Shown here: positions 58,304-64,000 of the stretch, one piece after another
Numbering within the stretch: the stretch's first letter is position 1
Layout: each line of letters opens with the position of its first letter
Assembly: GCA_964634105.1 (NCBI GenBank)
Contig: CAZWIU010000001.1
Location: 16,949 to 80,948 of the forward strand
Direction of reading: 5' to 3'
DNA from: an uncultured Bacteroidales bacterium
Lineage (GTDB): Bacteria > Bacteroidota > Bacteroidia > Bacteroidales > UBA10428
DNA length: 64,000 nucleotides
Notes under the pieces: model-generated
What the model saw: only the letters and a program-made list of their open reading frames with translations
Database searches by the model: none
Told to the model about the DNA's origin: nothing
Translations under genes and position numbers: made by a program

Positions 58304-58836
58304 TTTAAATTTATCTGCCCGGCTGTTTTTCCTGCTGAAAGAGCCTGTTATTATAAATTTAATAAATAATCAGTAATAATTTTAACATTTAAGAGTATTT
58401 CCTCTCCCTTTAAATTATTCCTTCCAAGAGGATAGATAGCCATGCATTTTTAAGGAAATTCCATGTATACATAAAGTTATTCTTTACTACTATTCTTCTC
58501 ATATGATTGTGTCCCCTAGGGGAGGAGGACCTACCAATGTTTTAAGTTAGAGCAATAAAAGAAATTATCTTTTTGAATGACACCATTCAATGCTAGAATT
58601 TGAATTTTCAATATCGAATATCCAATATCCAATATTGAAGTATTATTAAAAAAATTGATCACGATGTTAGATTTGTGGTATTATGTGAAACAAAATTCAC
58701 AAAATCCTGATCGGGAGGGGATAGTTGGCTTTGTTGGTTAAATAATACGTTCTCTTATGTTGGAAGAATCAATGAGACAGTATGAGGAGTAATAGAATGA
58801 AATAACCATGTTAAACGGGTTATACCCAAAAAGAAC

Positions 58837-60441
58837 CTAACATCCCTCGTATATAAAGTTAATTACCCTGGCAACTTTCATGTTATTATGATTGATACCT
58901 GTAATTTTATAGGATATTTTCCAGATGCGTATATCCCAGTTTTTTTCGGGAACTCCAGTACATTCTTTAACGCTTTCAAACGCTTCATTAAAACCATGCG
59001 ATGCCAAATATTCTAAAAGTTCATTCTCTGTGAAGGATGGAAATTGATTCGCTTCATCATACGTATAAACTGGCAATTGATATTCGCCAGGCATAATTTC
59101 AGGAACAGGCTTCCACCCGGATATATAATTTTTCCATTCGGTAAATACCGCACAATTCTCGCCGTCATTTATGGCAATTCCGGTGTAATATTGATGTTCG
59201 ACCTTTTTAATTTTCCTCAATTTCATTGAATCAACCCGGAGTATCGTCCCCTGTGAACTCTCTCCGGACGCCGGATAGATATTGATTGTATCCAGGTTAG
59301 AATTATCGAAGAAAACCAAATTGTATATGCCGGGGAATGTAACTGTAAGTTCCGAAAATTCAACCGACAAGGGCTGATTTTCATAGTAGTCTGAGTAATG
59401 TTCATTGTCATAATTATTGTCTTCATAGTAATCCTCATAATACTCATCTTCAAGCCCCTCCGTATCTTCCTCAACATAGGATTCACCGTATAAACGCCTG
59501 ATCCAATCTGAATTATTGACATCCCGATAGGTGCAATTGATCAGTTCACCATTGATCGTTGTATTATCGATGTCAATTACCGATTTGGGGATATCCTTTG
59601 CAAGCGGATATACCGAACGATCGATATACCATTCGCCAAAATCATAGTAATCAGTTAAAAACAAAACGTCATAGGCGTTATCATAAAGTTGAGGATCGGC
59701 ATAGAAAGGATATTTTTCTGTTATCAGCGAATTCTTAAATGTAATATTACTTCTATAAACAGCAAATCCCCGTAACACCGGATTATTATCGACAAACCGG
59801 CAATTTTCGAGAACAGCATCATGCACATTGCTGAATGACGACAGCTGTTCTGAGCTTTTGGTTACCAGCGTGTTTGAAATGTTGATATGGACCACGTCGA
59901 TCAGCGATAGTCCCTCCGTACCGCTGCCGAAGAGTTCGAGATTATCCATGATGATATTTTCGCTGTTATGGATTAGTAGAACACCTCCCTGGCAATAACC
60001 TTCAACCTCGTGCCCAAAGCGCAGGTTTTGCAGAAACAGGTTATTTACATTCCGGAATTTCATCACGTGATTATATCCGTCGGGCTGAATAAAAACAGGA
60101 GACGTATTTATGGCACCGATAATAACCAGGTTATCGAGATCGTGCACATAGGTATCGGTATAATATTCCGAGAGTGTATCGAACCGGTCGAGTAAAGCAA
60201 TTTCTTCTTCGCTTCCAAGAATATTTGAATCTGTAAAAACATAGTTGCCTGAATCGACAATAATAACCGTATTATTACCGAGCGCCCAGATAAACTCCTG
60301 CATATTTTTTACTTCCCTGATATGATCTATTTGAAATCCTTCTTTTTTCAATTCCTTCAATAACGGATATTCTTTATAGGCCTGGGCATTGATAAGCAAT
60401 GTCCACAGGATAAAGAGTAAGCTTATTGCTGATTTTTTCAT
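58837..60441 (-). CDS. secreted protein with a probable right-handed beta-helix region and an acidic Tyr-rich linker
   Basis: Signal peptide MKKSAISLLFILWTLLINAQA (ATG at 60441). PbH1-like repeats (NLFLQNLRFGH..., NIIMDNLELFG..., INISNTLV..., AVLENCRFVDN). Low-complexity segment EDEYYEDYYEDNNYDNEHYSDYYEN. Confidence 0.45.
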   Translation of the reverse strand: MKKSAISLLFILWTLLINAQAYKEYPLLKELKKEGFQIDHIREVKNMQEFIWALGNNTVIIVDSGNYVFTDSNILGSEEEIALLDRFDTLSEYYTDTYVHDLDNLVIIGAINTSPVFIQPDGYNHVMKFRNVNNLFLQNLRFGHEVEGYCQGGVLLIHNSENIIMDNLELFGSGTEGLSLIDVVHINISNTLVTKSSEQLSSFSNVHDAVLENCRFVDNNPVLRGFAVYRSNITFKNSLITEKYPFYADPQLYDNAYDVLFLTDYYDFGEWYIDRSVYPLAKDIPKSVIDIDNTTINGELINCTYRDVNNSDWIRRLYGESYVEEDTEGLEDEYYEDYYEDNNYDNEHYSDYYENQPLSVEFSELTVTFPGIYNLVFFDNSNLDTINIYPASGESSQGTILRVDSMKLRKIKKVEHQYYTGIAINDGENCAVFTEWKNYISGWKPVPEIMPGEYQLPVYTYDEANQFPSFTENELLEYLASHGFNEAFESVKECTGVPEKNWDIRIWKISYKITGINHNNMKVARVINFIYEGC

Positions 60442-60548
60442 GATGGCTAGTGTTAGGATTAGAATCAACTACGGGAAGATAATCTGTTTATTTGTAGAAT
60501 TTTTCTTCTTCACCCAAAAAATTCCAACGAACATGTATACCTATTTAT

Positions 60549-60902
60549 TCAGCCCTGATTTTCCTTTGCACGGAATAGTGTTATTCTTCGGATCAGGTCA
60601 TATGGAACAGTTTCATTGATGGGGAATTGAACCGAGCCTTTGCCCTGTTTGTATTTCGAGAGTTCCGTTACAAATTCTTTATGCCCGGAGGGTGTTGCAT
60701 AGAAACCAATATGATTCCTGAAAGCAGCAAAATACACCAGGGGTTTTCCATTCGTCTTATAGGCAGGCATGCCATAACTTATGCTCTCTTCTGCCTGCGG
60801 AGCGGTCTGCCGAATTACAGAACGTACCTTAATTAATACCTTCTGAATTTCTTCCGGAAAACTTACGATGTATTCATCGACATTTTTATAAGTAATTCTC
60901 AT
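60549..60902 (-). CDS. DUF1801 (YdhG-like) domain protein
   Basis: 117 aa. VDEYI..FP.E.Q..L...R..I...AP.AEE.ISYGMPAYK..GK.LVYFAAF.NHIGFY matches the DUF1801 pattern. Confidence 0.75.
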   Translation of the reverse strand: MRITYKNVDEYIVSFPEEIQKVLIKVRSVIRQTAPQAEESISYGMPAYKTNGKPLVYFAAFRNHIGFYATPSGHKEFVTELSKYKQGKGSVQFPINETVPYDLIRRITLFRAKENQG

Positions 60903-60911
60903 TCATTTCGT

Positions 60912-61319
60912 TTATAAGGTTAGTTCCGATTTTACAGGCTGTGGACATTTCTGTAATTGCCATTCTCTTTCAGCGGCAGGGTCGACTGACGCTTTTAAAG
61001 CATATGAGGCAGCATGTCTGGCATGATCCGGTACATGTGCTGTTGCCGCGGCGTGACCGGCTGCACGTGCAGCTGCTATAGATCTCGGTATAATAGCATC
61101 ACGGGCTGCAGCATGCGCTTCAAATGCCAACTTCCGGACTTCAGCAGTGGTCAGATTTCCTTTCACCCATGCCCTTATACCTTCAATAGCACTCCTTGGA
61201 CGATTATCACCGGGATAATAATCCTCAAAAGCAGCAAGAATATGCTCTGCACAATCACCAGCCCAGGTTGCCATGAGTTTATGCTGGTTATCATTCATGC
61301 TACATTTATTATTGTGCAA
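60912..61319 (-). CDS. hypothetical Ala/His-rich helical protein (possibly Imm-5-like immunity-type family)
   Basis: 135 aa. WAGDCAEHIL...AAARAAGHAAATAHVPDHARHAASYALKA resembles, from memory, small 'putative immunity protein' families. It is visibly more GC-rich than its neighbours. Confidence 0.35.
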   Translation of the reverse strand: MHNNKCSMNDNQHKLMATWAGDCAEHILAAFEDYYPGDNRPRSAIEGIRAWVKGNLTTAEVRKLAFEAHAAARDAIIPRSIAAARAAGHAAATAHVPDHARHAASYALKASVDPAAEREWQLQKCPQPVKSELTL

Positions 61320-61336
61320 CGTACTACCCGTAAAAC

Positions 61337-62125
61337 TTAATCCAGGTGTAAAAGTTCACCGCTTTTAATGGTTTCTATAAGCAAATTCATAAAACGTGAA
61401 GCCGGCGCTCCATCAATAATATTATGATTGAATGAAACGGTCAGACACAAATGCTCTCTGGATTCAAAATGTCCTCCTGTTTCAACAACTTTCTTACTTA
61501 TACTTCCCACTGTCAAAAGTACCGTAGCCGAACCATGAGGAATAAACCATACAGGTTCTTTGCTAAACATTCCGACGGCCGTTACAGCGATTTTGCCATA
61601 TCTTTTTCCCATACTAATGTTTTTATCCGCAATGCTGATAAAAGTCCTGAGAAAAAACCCCGGTATAAAACGTATCCAGGTTTTACCTGAGATGCTGCCC
61701 AGCCTGTCGCTTTGTATTTTCTGTGCCTCCCTGATTTCATGATGGATCTGTCGGAAAGATTTATCCTGTGCCTTTGTAATTCCAACTGGTTCAGGAACTC
61801 TTTCTCCGGCAAGATCCCTTTCTATAAGCACACTGACAGAAATATCGTCGAGCACAATAAGCCTCCGGCCTTTAATGAATGAGTTAAATTGCGGAAATTG
61901 CTTTATCGCATGAACAAGACAGCTCACAATATAGGCGGTAAAAGACAGTTTCTCGCCTGTTTTTTCAGCATGTTCCTTTAGTAAGCGACGGGGCTCTGTG
62001 ATATCAATCTCGGTAAAACTATGAATTGTGTTTGCTTTTCTTGTTACCGATGCCGAAGCGATAACAGCTTTCCGGTTAAAACTTAGCGGAATACTTGTAT
62101 AGCCATTCTTCCTTTTCATACTCAT
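61337..62125 (-). CDS. stand-alone 2-oxoacid dehydrogenase acyltransferase (E2) catalytic-domain protein
   Basis: 262 aa. C-terminal active-site motif SFNHNIIDGAPASRF (H-x3-DG). There is no lipoyl or subunit-binding domain. Confidence 0.7.
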   Translation of the reverse strand: MSMKRKNGYTSIPLSFNRKAVIASASVTRKANTIHSFTEIDITEPRRLLKEHAEKTGEKLSFTAYIVSCLVHAIKQFPQFNSFIKGRRLIVLDDISVSVLIERDLAGERVPEPVGITKAQDKSFRQIHHEIREAQKIQSDRLGSISGKTWIRFIPGFFLRTFISIADKNISMGKRYGKIAVTAVGMFSKEPVWFIPHGSATVLLTVGSISKKVVETGGHFESREHLCLTVSFNHNIIDGAPASRFMNLLIETIKSGELLHLD

Positions 62126-62152
62126 TGATCACAGGTAATAGCATGTGCGTAA

Positions 62153-62548
62153 TCAATCTTCACACCAACTGATCGTATAATAATTTCCATAGCTGTCGAT
62201 AACATCAGACATAGCAAAAATCAATACATCATCGGCAATATTGATGAATCTGATACCCAAGAAAATTCTTGTATCACTATCAAAATCGATGTCTAAGGTA
62301 TCAACATCGACATAGTAAGAATAACAGGGCGGTTCGGGGCACCCTCCCCTGAGCATAGGTTCACGGATTGCCTGGAGCGAATCGAGGGCAGAATTAAAAT
62401 TATAACCAATTGAATCGACAAGTTCAATAGTTCCGCATGCTCCCGAAAGAATTGAATATTTAATAGTCTGCGAATCATCATCTTTTTCACAATTCAGGAT
62501 CATTAACGATACCAGGAATGAGAATATTAACAAGATTGTTTTTTTCAT
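62153..62548 (-). CDS. small hypothetical lipoprotein
   Basis: Lipobox-like N-terminus MKKTILLIFSFLVSLMILNC (ATG at 62548, inside the longer tracked ORF). Confidence 0.5.
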   Translation of the reverse strand: MKKTILLIFSFLVSLMILNCEKDDDSQTIKYSILSGACGTIELVDSIGYNFNSALDSLQAIREPMLRGGCPEPPCYSYYVDVDTLDIDFDSDTRIFLGIRFINIADDVLIFAMSDVIDSYGNYYTISWCED

Positions 62549-62765
62549 GATGCAATAATTCTTAAAGATTATTAAGCAATAATCTGATGCAAAATTTAAG
62601 ATCTTTTGCTGATATAGCATCATAATTCCTGAAGTAAGGTTACATATCTTTAAAAAAGTGATAGCAACCGGAAAATTTTTAACCCGAGATAGTTAATTGA
62701 AATTTTTTATTCTAAGGCATAGACTTTTTGAGCGGCCAAGAATATAAAATCCTTGAGCTGTCTTT

Positions 62766-63298
62766 TCAAGATGTCTTTTTTCGATACGGATAATACTTCA
62801 GGATCAGTTGCAGCGCCCTGGCAATTGCAATCACATTGATAATAGCAGGCGTACCAGGCTCGAATCGGCCGGGCGCTTTTGCCCATGTGATCCGATCGGG
62901 TGATATAAGTCTGGCCGTTCCTCCTCCTGTTTGAAATAAGCTGCCGTCAGGCAACGCTTTCCTTTTTACTGCCAAGGCAACAATGCCGAGCGGCAAGCCA
63001 ATATCATTGCTTGAGAGACAGTGATAACTCTCAGAATCGATCATAGCTTTGAGAGTCGCAGCATTTCGGGAGAACAAAATATCAACCTATATTTTCCCTT
63101 TGTCAGCCCTAAATAGTCAATAATAATATCACGGGCCTTTTCAAATAAATGCGTAGTAACCATAGAATAATATCCCTTGCATCGATAGACGTTAGAATAT
63201 GTTTCAAGAGCGGCATATACGCTATTTTCGGGTGCTGTATAAGGATCGGCCTTTACAACATCCTCACCGGTCATATCTGCTAATGTTTCATGGGTCAT
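62766..63298 (-). pseudogene. remnant of a class-V (SufS/NifS-like) aminotransferase gene: frameshifted and internally/C-terminally truncated
   Basis: ORF 63041-63298 carries an N-terminal-like segment (SNVYRCKGYYS...EKARDIIIDYLGL...YRLIFCS). ORF 62766-63077 continues in another frame (RNAATLKAMI..., then GLPLGIVALAV...RFEPGTPAIINVIAIARAL). The frames switch near the GGG run at 63068-63070. The PLP-lysine SGHK motif is absent. Confidence 0.45.
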
Positions 63299-63369
63299 GA
63301 TTGGTAACTATTTTTCCAGGTATTCAAGTGTTTTCATGGTTTGGTTTTTGGTTTTATCTTTTTGACTGA

Positions 63370-63999
63370 CTATTCAATATATTTCTTCTTTGCCACAATG
63401 AAATAGCTAACCTCAGGTCCCCACAGGTTTTCCGTTTCAACAAGCCGGAAACCGCCCTCGGTTATTGCCTTGTCGAGTTCTGCTATTCGAAAAAACCGGA
63501 TATAAGGCAGAGAGATAACTCCTAGTTTAAAAAAGACGAATAACCTGAGTATCGGAACCTTCAACAACCTTAACAAGGGTTTTTCAGTCTCCCTGGAACA
63601 GGGAGTCATCGAAATGAGCAGCCCTCCCGGTTTTAACAGTTCACTTATTCGTTTCATATACCTGCTGAAATCCTCGAAATAATGCAGGACATTGAAGGCT
63701 AATATCACATCACAGGAGGCAGAGACGTACTGTTCTTCAAAAATTGTTGATTGCCTGAATACAATATTCTTAATCTTCTGCTGATAAGCTTTTCTTCGGG
63801 CGGTTTCAAGCATACCGGAAGAAATATCTGTAGCTATGTATTCTTTCACATTGCCCGCAAGTTCAACAGTAAAGATTCCCGTTCCGCAACCAATCTCCAG
63901 TACCCTGTTATCGGGGTGAAGATATTTTTTTGTTATTTCTATCGCACGTTTATTTATTAAGCTGAGCTGACTGGTTTCGCGGTCGTATATTTTCGACAT
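63370..63999 (-). CDS. class I SAM-dependent methyltransferase
   Basis: 209 aa with motif I VLEIGCGTGIFT and a post-I acidic residue. The ATG at 63999 lies just inside the window. Confidence 0.85.
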   Translation of the reverse strand: MSKIYDRETSQLSLINKRAIEITKKYLHPDNRVLEIGCGTGIFTVELAGNVKEYIATDISSGMLETARRKAYQQKIKNIVFRQSTIFEEQYVSASCDVILAFNVLHYFEDFSRYMKRISELLKPGGLLISMTPCSRETEKPLLRLLKVPILRLFVFFKLGVISLPYIRFFRIAELDKAITEGGFRLVETENLWGPEVSYFIVAKKKYIE

Positions 64000-64000
64000 T

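Noticed and set aside
58684-58701. TGTGAA-N6-TTCACA inverted repeat resembling a CRP/FNR-type site.
   Set aside because: It is a single occurrence about 390 bp upstream of the receptor start. The half-site spacing differs from the canonical TGTGA-N6-TCACA, and no CRP-family gene is nearby.
58304-58836. A riboswitch (for example cobalamin) in the 533-bp leader of the TonB-dependent receptor.
   Set aside because: I could not find a B12-box-like or other recognisable riboswitch core on the minus strand. The region holds only short palindromes (tcccctagggga, ttgaatg-acac-cattcaa).
1-64000. A scan for tRNA, rRNA, tmRNA, RNase P, SRP RNA, CRISPR arrays, transposases or integrases.
   Set aside because: I recognised no conserved cores (for example GGTTCGAATCC T-arms or GAGGAAAGTCCGGGC), no regularly spaced direct repeats, and no recombinase-like ORFs. 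This by-eye scan is not exhaustive; tRNAscan-SE and Infernal would settle it.

Overview
AT-rich chromosomal segment. Gene content and order look like Bacteroidota: a long NusB followed by yajC, a YbbR-like gene and coaE, plus DUF4293, DUF5606, DUF3276/PUR-like, SPOR, TonB-dependent receptor and PAS-rich hybrid kinase genes. dnaA is present, so the window lies near the replication-initiator locus. Housekeeping genes: rny (5' truncated by the window edge), xylB-xylA-mutarotase, an SPFH gene plus a small Arc-like gene missing from the ORF track, tkt, pyrBI, yigZ, dnaA, a glycosyltransferase, pfk, pdxB, nusB-yajC-ybbR-like-coaE, a DjlA-like gene. I found no rRNA, tRNA, CRISPR array, transposase or integrase. 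The most interesting locus is 22.1-31.7 kb. An untracked 40-aa ORF encodes a double-glycine-leader peptide (leader ...LTINEMRKVRGG, predicted 10-aa core GDIVDPFKKI). It sits at the head of a minus-strand string: structured spacer, TM/TPR anti-sigma-like protein, sensor-less histidine kinase, C39-peptidase ABC exporter, HlyD adaptor. Divergent from it is a secreted, membrane-anchored TPR-CHAT protease, which converges on an ECF-type sigma factor. I read this as a candidate peptide-signal / protease-gated ECF switch, not a classical bacteriocin locus; this is inference. Other points: a 246-bp MITE-like element in two copies with terminal inverted repeats and 9-bp target-site duplications; GC-rich hairpin islands; a PIN toxin disrupted at an A8 run and coupled to an unusually large upstream partner; a RelE/ParE module; an iteron-like TTGCAA array; a five-PAS kinase built from 489-bp tandem modules; and a TonB receptor / YfiR-kinase / response regulator / two REC-first hybrid kinase island. 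All calls rest on reading the translations and sequence by eye. No searches were run.
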